Shown here: in pieces, positions 47,331 to 59,716 of the stretch
Layout: every line of letters starts with the position of its first letter
How positions within the stretch are numbered: position 1 is the stretch's first letter
From: Schmidtea nova
Taxonomy: Eukaryota
DNA length: 64,000 nucleotides
Direction: 5' to 3'
Assembly (NCBI GenBank): GCA_044892505.1
Contig: CM097882.1
Location: 142,848,001-142,912,000, forward strand
The notes under the pieces: model-generated
The model's database searches: none
What the model was told of the DNA's origin: nothing
Seen by the model: the letters and a program-made list of their open reading frames with translations, nothing else
Position numbers and translations under genes: made by a program

Positions 47331-47729
47331 TATAAAATTTTATAATAAAACTTTTAGTTTAGTTGACTTTTTTATAATTAGAGAATATGAAGCACGTGCA
47401 TGACTAATTTTAATAATAGCTGAAAACACTGTTTGCCACAAACAGAATATGATTTCATTTTACTTCATTAAGTACGTAGGTAATTTCGTAAAAAGAGTTG
47501 AAGTTGCAAGAATTTAAATGGCTAAAATTGTTAAATTATATAGACTCCTGAAATCTGTCGAATGAATTATAGTATTGTTCGTCGCTTCTGTGTTGTGACT
47601 ATAGTGCCAGTGTAGTCAGAGTAGGTCAGTAAAAGTATCGCTTAAATTTAAAATGATAGTAAGGAACCACTAACTCGCGTAAAAAATTATTTTTTAGAAG
47701 GTTTCAGGCGACCGATGGCAAACTGTCAT

Positions 47730-47771
47730 GCGACCATTGTTGGGGTCGCGACTAACAGGTTGGGAACCGCT
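47730..47771. mobile_element. hAT/Charlie-type MITE terminus
   Basis: GGGGTCGCGACTAACAGGTTGGGAACCGCTG resembles Charlie-type right ends; no partner end was found. Confidence 0.4.
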
Positions 47772-48314
47772 GGATTAGAAACTTGAAATATTCATTAGGA
47801 ATTAAATATAACATCGGTTATTAAGCATTTGGATTTTTTGCCAATATCTGTAATAAGTATTTTATGTAAAATTCAAATAATTATCTATTTGTTGATGAAA
47901 TATAGGAATGTTCGGTTGTCTTTTGTATTTACATATTTACAATTGTTTATGTTTATTGTAATAACTCCAATGGATTAGTGTTTAACCTATTTAAAAAGAG
48001 ATATATTTAATAAATTATTAAAATTGGCAATTTTTATTTGTTTGATGTTATTTGTTTGTGTTTTCTGGAGATTGTGCTGTTCGAATGGAGTTGGGGTTTA
48101 TTGCAGTTTATCTCACCAATAACTCAATAACCCAAAATCTAAATTTGTGCGCCAATAAAGAAATTTCGATCAAGACTTTATAAAAAAATGAAAATTTCTA
48201 AAATCGAAAATAAAAGATCTAAGGTGAACAATATATAAGATACTAATAAAATTTTTGTTACATCACGCAAAAGTTCAAAATATAAAAGCTGATATTAGAA
48301 ATCTGTGAAATATT

Positions 48315-48593
48315 TTACTCGGTAATAGAAAACGCTAATTTATTTGATTGTTCTTTTGAAAAATCCAAACTGATCATCCCAATGTCTGATGAGTCTTGAT
48401 TTGTTGACCTTGGGTTATTCGACCTTATGGCTATAATATCATTTTCAAATCCAATTGGTAAAGGATATCTGTTATTCACTGCATTCTCATCAATAACGCT
48501 ACTAACGCGTTGTTCATTTAAACCTGTTGTAATTACAGTTTGGATCTTGTCCTTCGTCTTATCTTTTCTACAACAAGCGCAGCAGATGCTCAT
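48315..48593 (-). CDS. Small host ORF or first coding exon with N-terminal Cys cluster
   Basis: MSICCACCRK; candidate 5'-UTR intron 48615-48825 (GTAAGG...CTAATTTTTAG). Confidence 0.45.
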   Translation of the reverse strand: MSICCACCRKDKTKDKIQTVITTGLNEQRVSSVIDENAVNNRYPLPIGFENDIIAIRSNNPRSTNQDSSDIGMISLDFSKEQSNKLAFSITE

Positions 48594-48934
48594 GGAAATA
48601 AATAATTGTTATACCTAAAAATTAGTAAATTTAAATATATTTTATATGATGAGTTGAAAAATTGTTTTGAGAAGAAAATAGACACTCCACAATAACAGTA
48701 CGAATTTCAATAAATGTATACCTCTTTATTAGTAAAATTAAAAACAATAATAAGTCAGAGTTATTTTTGATGCTACTAAAATGACTATTAAAATTGCAAA
48801 TTTTATTACCCAAAATGATCCTTACAGTGAATGGAAAAGAAAGAACAAATAAATAAGTTGGATATTTAAATTAACTGGTGTTTTAATAATTGAGTATTTT
48901 GGCACTTTTTATAAAATTTTAATTAAATAAATCT

Positions 48935-50248
48935 ATGAAGGAAGTTCAGTCTTTTAAAACCGAGTTTGATTTAACTGGCGACCACGCCGAAAATCAGAAT
49001 GTCAATGCAGTTTCGAAATCAACAAAGACGTTAATGGAATGCCTACCAAAATCATGCCAAGATATGCTCACGCTGAATATCAGACGATATGATGGACGAG
49101 GATCGAAAGAAGCAGAAGAATGGATCAGAGACATAGAAGAATGGCTGTTGACAAATGGACAGCGATTGACAAGCACCTTCGATGTGTTATTAGTGGCAGA
49201 AGCTAAGACATTGTGGGGAAACGTCAGAGAAACAGAAACAACAGATGTGAAAGCCAAAACTTGGTTCCTAAATACTTTCACAATTACGAAGTCAATAACT
49301 GACAAAATCAGAGAATTGGCAGTTCTGGAACAGGAAGATGATGAACGTTTTGCAGCTTTCGAGATTCGATTAAGGAAAGCTTTAGCTGAAGTTATAAATT
49401 CAGGACGATCAGAAGAAGATATTGTTCAAGATCTCATCGCAAATAAAGCACGTGATGCGAGATTGAGGGAAATATTATTGACAAAACCAGAAACAAAAAT
49501 TGAAGAAACGAGATCATTGGCGAAGATTTTTGAGAGTAACCAAAAGGGAAGCAATAAAACTGAATTTATTAAATCAATTGGTAAAAGAACATATGCCAGC
49601 GTGATTGATGGAGGGCAAATGAGAATTCAACAGAATACTCAAGATACCAGACCTACACCATCACAAAGAAGACAATCAGAAGACCCATTTAGTCATCACA
49701 GACCAAGAAGAGATGAACATCCGATACAATTCGAAGAAAATAACCGCGGTCGACGAGAACAATTCCCAAAAGAACAATTTTTGAGAAATGTTAGAATCCA
49801 AGATGGCTCAGAAAGGAAACTGCCAACAATTTCCATGAAGAATATAGCAAGAAGGATCTATAACGAAAGTAGAGGACTACCACAAGCACCGGCTCCAAAA
49901 TTAACAGTAGGTGATTGTTTTTGCTGTGGCGAAAGGGGACACAAAAGATATGAGTGCCCACTGGGAAATAAATGCCTGATATGTGGTAAAGAGGGACACG
50001 GATTCCGAGATTGTTTTTCGTTACGGAAAGAGGTGCCTCGTCGATATCAAAGAATAGCGTGCATAGAAGAAGAAGATTCCAAATCTGAAAGAAGAGATTA
50101 CACCGAAAACAGCCAAGATTTCAGAATGGCTCACAGCGATATGGAAGATAGATACAATGTTCCTGAAAAATATACTACATTGAGAGAAGACGGAAAAAAC
50201 ATCAGCGACTCCATGGGTTTCATTTCGTCGGTGGAGTCAAGGCAATAA
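48935..50248 (+). CDS. gag: Gag, 437 aa, two CCHC knuckles
   Basis: CFCCGERGHKRYEC and CLICGKEGHGFRDC. Confidence 0.93.
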   Translation: MKEVQSFKTEFDLTGDHAENQNVNAVSKSTKTLMECLPKSCQDMLTLNIRRYDGRGSKEAEEWIRDIEEWLLTNGQRLTSTFDVLLVAEAKTLWGNVRETETTDVKAKTWFLNTFTITKSITDKIRELAVLEQEDDERFAAFEIRLRKALAEVINSGRSEEDIVQDLIANKARDARLREILLTKPETKIEETRSLAKIFESNQKGSNKTEFIKSIGKRTYASVIDGGQMRIQQNTQDTRPTPSQRRQSEDPFSHHRPRRDEHPIQFEENNRGRREQFPKEQFLRNVRIQDGSERKLPTISMKNIARRIYNESRGLPQAPAPKLTVGDCFCCGERGHKRYECPLGNKCLICGKEGHGFRDCFSLRKEVPRRYQRIACIEEEDSKSERRDYTENSQDFRMAHSDMEDRYNVPEKYTTLREDGKNISDSMGFISSVESRQ

Positions 50249-53200
50249 ATTATGAAAGAAGAAATGAACGAAGAAGAGACGAGGCAGAAGAAGAGATGTA
50301 TCAGACGAAGGATGGAAGAAGTTGGAGTAAAATAATGTTGAATAATACAGAAGTAGATATGTTATGGGACTCTGGAGCGTCAGTAACAGTCATGAGCAAG
50401 AATCTGTGGGAGAGAATAGGCAAACCAGACCTTCAACGTAGTACTATATTATTATGCGGCGTATTTTCAACTGGAGGTGAAGAGGCAATGGGATATATGA
50501 ATATATCAGCCACATGGAATCAGAAGACCAAAATTATCACAGTAGTGGTTGTAAAAGAGATCAAGCCAGAATTCATAGGGGGTATTGATACAATGAAAGA
50601 GTTTGGAGTAAAGTTAGTGAAGATTAATAATATAGAAACTTCATACATAAACAAAATCCACACTGATGAAGAAAGAATAAATAAAGCACTAATGGCGATG
50701 GCAAGTGAAAATAATAAAGACATTGAAGGAATGATCAGGAAATACGGCGGAATATTTATGGCGTCGAAATTTGATTTGGGATTTACAAATTTAGTTCGAC
50801 ATGAGATGCGGATAACAGGAGGCCGAATAATGCAACATCCTCGACGTCAACCAATGCACATGGAGAAAAAGATTGAAGAACTGATAAAAGAATTAATAAA
50901 AGCAAATGTTATTCGGTGCTGCAAGAGTCCTTGGAATGCCCCGTTAGTTATAGTAGGGAAGAAAGATGGATCCATCAGGATGTGTGTAGACTATCGTGGA
51001 TTGAATGCCATAACAGAAAAGGAATCATTTCCGATGTCTAATACCAAATTCTTATTAGACTGTCTAGCGAATGCAAAAATATTTTCGTCAATTGATTTAG
51101 GCCAGGCGTACTATCAAGTAGAGTTGGCCCCAGAAATTCAAGAAATGACTGCATTCAGTACAAGAGAAGGACAATTTTGCTTTAACAGACTACCGTTTGG
51201 CCTAGCAACAGCTCCTGCGACATTCCAGAGACTGATGCACAAAGTACTAGAAGGAATGCTATTCAAAGGGGTAGTTGTTTATTTAGATGATATTTTGATT
51301 TATGGGAAAAGTCAAAAAGACCACGATGAGCTACTAGTGGAAATATTTAGAAGAATTCAAATGGCAGGATTGAAGATAAATCCAGAAAAATGTGAATTCA
51401 ATAAAACAGAATTGTGTTTCCTTGGGCACACAGTTAACGAGAAGGGTATCCAGACAAACAGAAAGAAAGTTGAAGAGGTCGAGAAAGCAGAAATACCAAA
51501 ATGTTCAAAGCAATTAAGATCGTTTCTCGGATTAACGAACTATTATCGAAGATTTATTAAAGACTACGCCAGAATCGCAGAACCACTATATGCCGCAACA
51601 TCTGGATGCGATAAAGATATAATTTGGACTAAAGAATGCAATGAGAGTTTCCAAACACTAAAGGAACGGTTGTGCGAGGCACCTATCCTTGATTATCCAA
51701 GAGAAGATAGGACATTTATCTTAGACACAGACGCTAGCTTTGGAGCAATTGGTGCAGTTTTGAGCCAAATTAAAGAAGATGGAGAAGAATCTGTTATAGC
51801 ATATGGTTCGAGACATATGACATCACATGAAAAGGGTTACTGTGTAACCAGGAAAGAACTGCTCGCTGTACATGAGTACGTCATACATTTTAGAGAATAT
51901 CTTTACGGAAAGAAATTCATAATTCGCACCGACCACAAAGCATTGGTTTTCATGAACACTACAAAAACACCAATCAGTCCGCAGTTTCAAACATGGTTAG
52001 CAAACTTGTCTGAATATGATTTTGAACTAAAATATCGGAAAGGTGAACAACATTCGAATGCAGATGGGCTATCAAGATTAAAAAGTATGATTTGTTCCCA
52101 GTGTCAAACACGACATGAAGATGCCAAGGAAGGAAAGTCAAAAATTCGATATATATATACTATCCAAAGAACAGAAGCTATGGAAAAAGTATTGGAGCAA
52201 CAGCAGAAGGACATTAGGTTTCGAGAGTTACGAGAGATATTAGAAAATGGATGCGCGCGGGACAAAAAGAATTGTTTCCCATTTAACGTAAAAAATACAA
52301 GAATTGATGGAGGATTAATAACAGTCGAAAAGAACGAAAATATTTTAATGTTAGTTCCAGAAACCTTTGCAGGCTTATTAACAACAACTCTACATGAAGA
52401 ATTATGTCATATTGGAGTTAAGAAATTATTCCATTATATGGAAAAGATATTTTACTGGCCGAAGATGCAAGAAACAATTCAGCTCTGTTTACAATGTTGC
52501 GATATCTGCTCTAAGAGAAAGATCGACCAGACAAGAACCAAGGAAATATTTATCCCTAGATGTAGTTCTGAATTCCTAGAACAGATTGTAATGGATGTGG
52601 CCTACATGGAAAAAAACACCATTAAAAAATATATGTTAGTAATTGTGGACCGGTTTAGTAAATTGATTTCTTTGACCGCAATCACGAAGCAAGACGAAGA
52701 AACAATTTTCAAAACTTTACTTAACAGTTGGATCTATCGATTTGGAAAACCAAAGAGCATTTTAACAGATAGAGGACGCAATTTCGAAGGGAATTTTCTA
52801 AGACAGAGACTACAGAAACTTGGAATCAAACAGGAATTCAGCTCACCTTACCAGCACCAATCAAATGGATTAGCCGAACGAGCCATACGAACAGTAAGAG
52901 ATCTTATTACAGCGACATTGGCAGGTGGGTGTGAAGAGAGAAACTGGCATGAACTTCTACCTAGAATAGAGTTCAGTATAAATAGCAGTCGACAGAGTGC
53001 TACAGGCTTATCACCATTTGAGATAATTTATGGACGGAGTGTTAACCTACATTCAAACCTGAAACAAGCAAAGATATCAAGAAGCGAATGGATAGAAGAC
53101 GCAAGATATAACTCGAGTAAAGCCGCAGACACTATGAGAGCTATGGATAAGACAAAGAGAGGAACTCGTGTTTTTGAGGTGGGGGAGGAGGTACTCGTAC

Positions 53201-53355
53201 GCAAAGAACCGCAGAACAGACACAAGGATGGTATGCAGTACGATGGCCCATATAAAATCATCAGATTTCTATCACCTCATCGAGTCGAACTACATTCGCA
53301 AGAAGGAACGAAAGAAAGAAGAATCGAGTGGCTGAAGAAGTGGAAAAGTTCTTAA
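50194..53355 (+). CDS. pol: Pol (PR-RT-RH-IN), expressed by -1 frameshift at AAAAAAC 50194-50200
   Basis: Uninterrupted: MLWDSGAS, RLPFGL, YLDDIL, TDAS, TDHKAL, HEELCH..CxxC, IVDRFSK, TDRG, AERAIRT, GPY. Confidence 0.95.
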   Translation, partial: KKHQRLHGFHFVGGVKAINYERRNERRRDEAEEEMYQTKDGRSWSKIMLNNTEVDMLWDSGASVTVMSKNLWERIGKPDLQRSTILLCGVFSTGGEEAMGYMNISATWNQKTKIITVVVVKEIKPEFIGGIDTMKEFGVKLVKINNIETSYINKIHTDEERINKALMAMASENNKDIEGMIRKYGGIFMASKFDLGFTNLVRHEMRITGGRIMQHPRRQPMHMEKKIEELIKELIKANVIRCCKSPWNAPLVIVGKKDGSIRMCVDYRGLNAITEKESFPMSNTKFLLDCLANAKIFSSIDLGQAYYQVELAPEIQEMTAFSTREGQFCFNRLPFGLATAPATFQRLMHKVLEGMLFKGVVVYLDDILIYGKSQKDHDELLVEIFRRIQMAGLKINPEKCEFNKTELCFLGHTVNEKGIQTNRKKVEEVEKAEIPKCSKQLRSFLGLTNYYRRFIKDYARIAEPLYAATSGCDKDIIWTKECNESFQTLKERLCEAPILDYPREDRTFILDTDASFGAIGAVLSQIKEDGEESVIAYGSRHMTSHEKGYCVTRKELLAVHEYVIHFREYLYGKKFIIRTDHKALVFMNTTKTPISPQFQTWLANLSEYDFELKYRKGEQHSNADGLSRLKSMICSQCQTRHEDAKEGKSKIRYIYTIQRTEAMEKVLEQQQKDIRFRELREILENGCARDKKNCFPFNVKNTRIDGGLITVEKNENILMLVPETFAGLLTTTLHEELCHIGVKKLFHYMEKIFYWPKMQETIQLCLQCCDICSKRKIDQTRTKEIFIPRCSSEFLEQIVMDVAYMEKNTIKKYMLVIVDRFSKLISLTAITKQDEETIFKTLLNSWIYRFGKPKSILTDRGRNFEGNFLRQRLQKLGIKQEFSSPYQHQSNGLAERAIRTVRDLITATLAGGCEERNWHELLPRIEFSINSSRQSATGLSPFEIIYGRSVNLHSNLKQAKISRSEWIEDARYNSSKAADTMRAMDKTKRGTRVFEVGEEVLVRKEPQNRHKDGMQYDGPYKIIRFLSPHRVELHSQEGTKERRIEWLKKWKSS

Positions 53356-55904
53356 GAAGGGGAGAGTTGGATATTTAAATTAACTGGTGTTTTAATAATT
53401 GAGTATTTTGGCACTTTTTATAAAATTTTAATTAAATAAATCTATGAAGGAAGTTCAGTCTTTTAAAACCGAGTTTGATTTAACTAAATATTTTATACGT
53501 TGATGGACCAAGTAAATCAAGATGTGCTTGTCCTGATAAAGTAGTGGTTTTAGATAAAGTATGTATACCAAAATGGTTGAAAGCACATTCAAAAAAATTA
53601 TCAGAAAAAATTTATATTTTGCAAATTCCAAAAAATATCATAACTGATAATATGTAGAAATAATATTTCTAAATTAATTTAAGTTTGATTTGTTTAAGAA
53701 ATATTGTTTAAATATTTTTGTAAATAAGTTAGATTGTGTAAGAATTTGAAATTAAAGGTTGAATAATCATATTTTATGATTTTTTTCAAAATTTAATTTG
53801 AATTATGTTTTCTGATCCTGAAAAAATGACTCTAATATTTATTTGACAATTATAATTTTGAACTAGTCAATAATTTTCCTACGAAAAAAATCATAATCTA
53901 ATTTTTGACGAAAGCTATAGCGAAATAATAAGTAAATATTACATGCGTAAAAAAGAATTAGATGACTTATTTACTTATACAAGTTCAAAGTCTAAAAATC
54001 CTGGAGTTCTAAATTTAGTTGAAAAAAACAATGGCAATTGATGAAGATGAAATAAAATTTTCAATAAATACGTGTAAAAATAACTAATTTTGGATGTTTG
54101 TGTATAACGGTGAATAATTGTGTTAGCAATAATTGATCTGCAAACAAGTGTATTATTAACAACAGTAACAAGTTATCGACCATATATTAAAATTTATTTA
54201 TCATTAAGCAATTACTTGCTATAACCTAAACATATTCATTATACAAAATAATTATTAATATTTCATAAGTACTACAATAATAACCAATTATTTTTGTTTT
54301 AATTCAAAAGTAGTTTTTTGAGATTCAATCTAGAAGTAATAAAATTAAAGTTAATTGCCAAAATCATATTTTCAGAAATTTTGTAACTCAATTTTTTAAT
54401 TAGTTTTGTGGCTCTTATAATTTCAAATTTAAATATGACCATATATATATAATGCATCATTGAGATTAATAATAAATAATGATTTATTCTAAGGAATCAG
54501 GCATTCAAGATAAATCAAGCAATCAATTATACTGTATTATGTAACAGCCCAAAGACTAAGACAATCAAATATACCATTACAATTATATCACTGGTCACAT
54601 GTGATTCAGCATTTGAAATTATTTCACTTTGCTGGGTTTATGGGTGGGTTTTAAATAATTAATAATAAATAATTAATTAAACAAATAATCATAAATAAGT
54701 ATACTAGGGATGCCTCACCCATAACCATACATAAAAACAAATCGTCTCACTCGCACGCCCCTAACTATTCCCTATCTAGTTAGGTTGGAACTGCACGCGG
54801 TGGTTGAAAAATTTTCACGGGTTCCCGCTGCCGCTAGAAGGTCTTACGAGTTATTCTCTCAATGTCTACGCTAAACTTCCTTAAAAAATTAACAAACGTC
54901 TTTTAAATAGAGATTTGAAATCAAAACCAAAATTTTTCTCTCAGTAAATTAATGCCAAGTAAGTTTAGATTGTGATTTTTCAGCGTCTATTTATACTAAT
55001 TTTTCTGACGCTTACATATTTTGTTATTTACATAATTTATTAACAATTTAAACTTACTTATTAGTTTTAATAAGTTAGCATTTATTTATCTTTCATAAAT
55101 TTAACTTTATAATTTGATTTATTTATTTCGGAAATATTTGTTTTTAATTCTATTAAATTAGGTGTGTATCCATTGTTTTATTGTGCATTTATTGATTAAA
55201 ACAATTTAATTTTAAATCTATTTTCATTCCTATCTCTGTTAATTTTTGCGATATTTCAATAGGGATTTATTCTATAATTTTTAATAAATTATTTTCTTTA
55301 TTCTGATACTGATTTTATTCTTTGATCATGCTTTTCATAATCACTTTACAAGCACTGATCTTCCCCATTCAATTCTCGTGCGGTCCTTCGTGTGTAAATC
55401 CAACCTGCACTCAAATTGTGTGCTCTCCTTTGAGATGCCTCTTTTTATCGCTTCAACCCTATCTCGACAGACTTATAGATGCGGTTCGTATGACTACTAT
55501 TGAACTTAACTGTTTTTATTTTACCTTGCGTTATTTTACTGCTTAACGTCTTGTCGTTCGTTTCTCTTTGTTTCTCTTTGTATGTCTTTATTTTTTTAAT
55601 AAATTTTAATTAAATTTTATTTTTGATTTCACCAGCCCAACAACTTTAAATGAGCAACAATGATTTCCATTTTTGAATTCACCAGCTAAAAATAGGCGTA
55701 CTCAATCTCCACTTTTGTGACACCTAAATAGATCCCGGTGCGTTGATTAGGCACAACCAGGACGATTCATTAAAAATAACATTTTGGTTCAGTCTTTATG
55801 AGAGTTGATTTATATGTTCTTGCTCATTCAATTTATTTGATAAAAACCTGTCGCTTAAAATTTCATATATTTAATTTAATTTGAGATAGTGAAAAAAACA
55901 TTAA

Positions 55905-56121
55905 CCCTAAAAAGCACAACAGAGCCTGTCAGTCTCTATTTAAATTCAAATTACTGATAAATTTATTGATATTTATTAAATTTTTCAAAAATGACAAGTA
56001 ATTTTTGTTCTATAATAAATTATTTGAGTCTAATTATTATCAAAATACAAAGAAATATGTAATAGAGACTCAGAGGCACTGTTGTTCGCTAACGCTTGTA
56101 AAATAGTTGTGCTTTTTAGGG
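55905..56121. mobile_element. piggyBac-type MITE, 217 bp
   Basis: 16-bp perfect TIR CCCTAAAAAGCACAAC flanked by TTAA on both sides. Confidence 0.85.
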
Positions 56122-58100
56122 TTAAATTGTTTACCAACTGTAGTGCCTCAGATATTCCAATTTAATAATGATATTGATTTAATAATTAAATTATTAATGC
56201 GTTATTAAATTAAATAATCTTTTCTTTTTAACTTTGTTTTAATAACGGAAGAACCTCATTTTCTTTCGACACGTTTTCGAATATTTCATTAAGAAAATTT
56301 CTTCATTATTCATACAATAATGATGTTTGCCATTAACAATCAGTCATCTGATCACATCTCATGTAACTCACAGAAAACCTTCTAGGAACAGAACAACAAT
56401 ATTATCGGCAGTTCGTATTTTCCTGCTAGAATACAACAACTACCTCAAGAACTTTCTATGAATCTGATATTTTCGAATTTTCAAGACAACAATTTTAATG
56501 ATAGCAACAGTTACAATCAATATCAGACTACATTTTTTATCTCTAGTTTTTATTCATCCCCACATTCTATTAATGGATCGACTAACATCATCAATTCAAT
56601 TCAAAGCCCTAAATCTTCTGGTCAAGTTACTTTTTCGTCATATACAGTTTAGGTTACTCCTGACTACGTCTTTGGACGATCGCAAGCGCAATTGTTTAAA
56701 TATTTCCGATCCTGGCAACCTTCAAAAAAAACTGATGATTCCACATGATAAAAAATGTACGAATAAATATTGAATAAATATTGTATCATTCAATCTAATA
56801 ATTCTTATATGTTCTCACTTATGCGATATTAAGTCTTCAAACCAGTAATACCATTTTTAATATAAATTTAACTTGTTGTAATTTTAATTATTCATTTAAA
56901 TTAAGACATTCATTTAAATGCTTCTAGTTGAATTGTAATCGGAATTTGCATTTGTTGTATTTATTTATGCAATTTGTTTAGCATATATTTATACACAAAA
57001 AGGAAATCACAATTGACAGACAGGTCTCTTAACACTCAGTATTTAATAACAATAATTAAGATTAACTTATTATTGGAATGATTTTGAGTGAAATTAACAT
57101 CTTCGTATTATATCATTCACAAATTTTATTTGTTTCAAATTTGATCTTTTTTTTCTATTTCATAAAGTTTCTTATAGTATATAAAGACTTGATCAAAATT
57201 GTTTCATGGCACATGAATTTTATGCACAACTTTTTTCAAATGTGAAATACACACTTGAAAATGTCATGCCAACAACTCGTGTTCTATAAAAAGCTATTTT
57301 GATCTATAATTTTAAAAAAATGAAAATGTTCGTATTTTACATTTTATTTTAACGGCTGAAATTAACAAAATATTTTATTTATAAATTACTCTGATTTTTA
57401 AAATTTTGACACTTTCAATGGGAAAGTATTTTAATATAAACACAAGCAGTTTTCATTAAAAAATGTTATAACTTTTCCTAAGTCAATATAAATTTTTTAT
57501 ATGATATTCGAAACGATTTCTAATAGCGAACTGGTCTCGAGATCATTATCAATTTGATTTAATTATTTGATTTAATTATTTGTGTTTATCTAGTGTCATT
57601 ACAGACTTTATTCACTGATACAGATATGAGATGCTAATATGCTTATACTGTCATAAATTATGATAATCGACGCAGATTGTTTAGATTCTGGAGTCTGGTC
57701 TAAGTCATTGGTTCGATTCCTGATAGGATCGAATTTTTTAAATGGTACCAACGAGTCACAAAAGCTCAAATTTACTTGACCATTAGAAATATCGAAAATC
57801 ACATTGAAACATTTAATTTTATTATAATTCATCCGAAAATAAAAAAACTAAAATTTATAATTACATTTTTTCATCTAAAATCATAAAGATAGACGATTTT
57901 AAAATCTTTTCTAAACTTTTTAGATTTCTAACCTTCAAATACAGAACTATGCTAAATAAATGAGTAATACTATTAGTAAATGTAGTGCCTCCGTTATTTA
58001 TATATTATTATATTATTTATATGTTATTATATTATTTAATTAAATATCAATATTTATATATTAAAATAAATTATTTAATTATTTATAAAAAAAATGCGAT

Positions 58101-58442
58101 TTGTTTAAATCAGAAAAAAAGGGCACTTTTCACCTTATTCAAAAAACGACAAGCAAGAAGCAATTTACAAAAATGGAAGCTGCACAAATTAAAACCCAAC
58201 GCAAACCACAAAGTTACCAATTGAATGTTGCAATTAAAAAGAACTCAAATCGTACGAAAGAATTCAGTGAGCACAAGAGGCGAATCAGACAATCAATCAC
58301 CCCAGTTATTGCTACAAGCACAAAGATAGATATTTCTACCATTGATATTCCAGAGCGCATTAAAGACAGCTATTTCATGAAGCAAAAGAAGATTAATTCA
58401 ACTGTGAAAGCTGATGATATATCTGCAGCTAAGAAAGAATAA
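58101..58442 (+). CDS. Hypothetical basic protein
   Basis: Open frame with protein-like composition in AT-rich surroundings; no family recognised. Confidence 0.3.
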   Translation: MFKSEKKGTFHLIQKTTSKKQFTKMEAAQIKTQRKPQSYQLNVAIKKNSNRTKEFSEHKRRIRQSITPVIATSTKIDISTIDIPERIKDSYFMKQKKINSTVKADDISAAKKE

Positions 58443-59716
58443 TTTGTTTTATTGAATATATTTTTTTTTGTCTTATTAATTATTTTAGCAGCAACTAAAG
58501 TAAATGAAGTCACAATCATGTTAATTTACATAACTTATTATTAGTAGTATTTTTGAATCGCAAATTTTTGATAAAAGTAAATAATTATAAACAATGTAGA
58601 ATTTAATCAATCTTATTTAATATATTGATTAAAATTAATAACTTTAGCAAATGAAATTTATGTTATGAATTCCTTTTCATAAAGACTAATATAAATTTAA
58701 AAATAACCTGAGATTTGGAAGTGTAATTTCTATTTTTATTCATGAAAATTATATATTCAAACAAAAGTGGGATGATATACAGAATTTCATACCAATGATG
58801 ATATATAAAATATTGAATTATTTACAATTTACAGATAATTATTAAATTTAAATATATTAATAAATTGTAAAAATTATAAATATTTAAAATTATTTAGAAA
58901 AGATTTATAAAATTTAAATTTATCAAATATAAATTTACATACCGAGAAATACCGTATTAAATCCGATTGAAAATTGTAAATTTATGCATTGTTATTCAAA
59001 GTTAGTAAATGCATCTGTGTGCCAAGTTTATTTATTGATGTACATACAAACTGACGTCCTTATTAGCTTTCATTGATTTATAAATGGAATAAAAACGAAA
59101 AATAACTACAATAAAGAATATGTGCAAGTCATGCCAAAATTGTGAAGACTTTATAAAATTTGTGTATGAAATAAAATAAATCTTTTATTTAAACTAGTCT
59201 TTTTGATGAAAGAATAACAAAAAATTTGAAAAAAATTGGCGTTACGTTGCTTGTTTTTTAATCCTTTGATGTGTGACTTAATTTGTATTGGTCTAGGGCC
59301 GTAACGCAAACATACAAATTTACTGTCCATGTACCCGTAAATACCCTAGCTATTTACGTTGGTGAGGTACATTGTAGGCGAATGTGAATCAGCAGGTGAC
59401 CTTCTTTACAAAAAACTTCTCCCGATTCAATCATTCTCACAGGTTCTCTAATAACCGATAGAAAGTCTTTGCTTAATTCCCCTCTCACTCTTGTCGCTGG
59501 TCACTAATTCTAGGTACATGTATTCTATTGCTGACTCTCGGATTGTATGTGTTTCTCTGTATTGTCCCCATATCACTCTGCGATTTATTTTAGACAAAAC
59601 AAGAAATTAAATAAACTTTCCACAATATTATACATAAATTTGGATCATTCACTACATAACGAGTCTTTAACAATTGGTAACTTATTAATCTCTGCTAGCA
59701 TTTGCTGTTTCCTCCT

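Larger units (their letters stand above)
48856..53485 (+). mobile_element. Ty3/Gypsy LTR retrotransposon B, 4630 bp, apparently intact
   Basis: Identical 121-bp LTRs (48856-48976, 53365-53485) with AGTT..AACT ends, TSD AAATA, PBS TGGCGACCACGCCGA, PPT AAGAAGGGGAG. Confidence 0.97.

Noticed and set aside
54700-55560. GC-richer patches resembling transposon ends or an integrase fragment
   Set aside because: No paired TIR, TSD or diagnostic motif found.
55680-55800. Possible small structured RNA or tRNA
   Set aside because: No cloverleaf, T-loop (GTTCRA) or box motifs that I could support.
56400-57840. Short ORFs as host exons
   Set aside because: Low complexity or no motif; splice structure could not be established.
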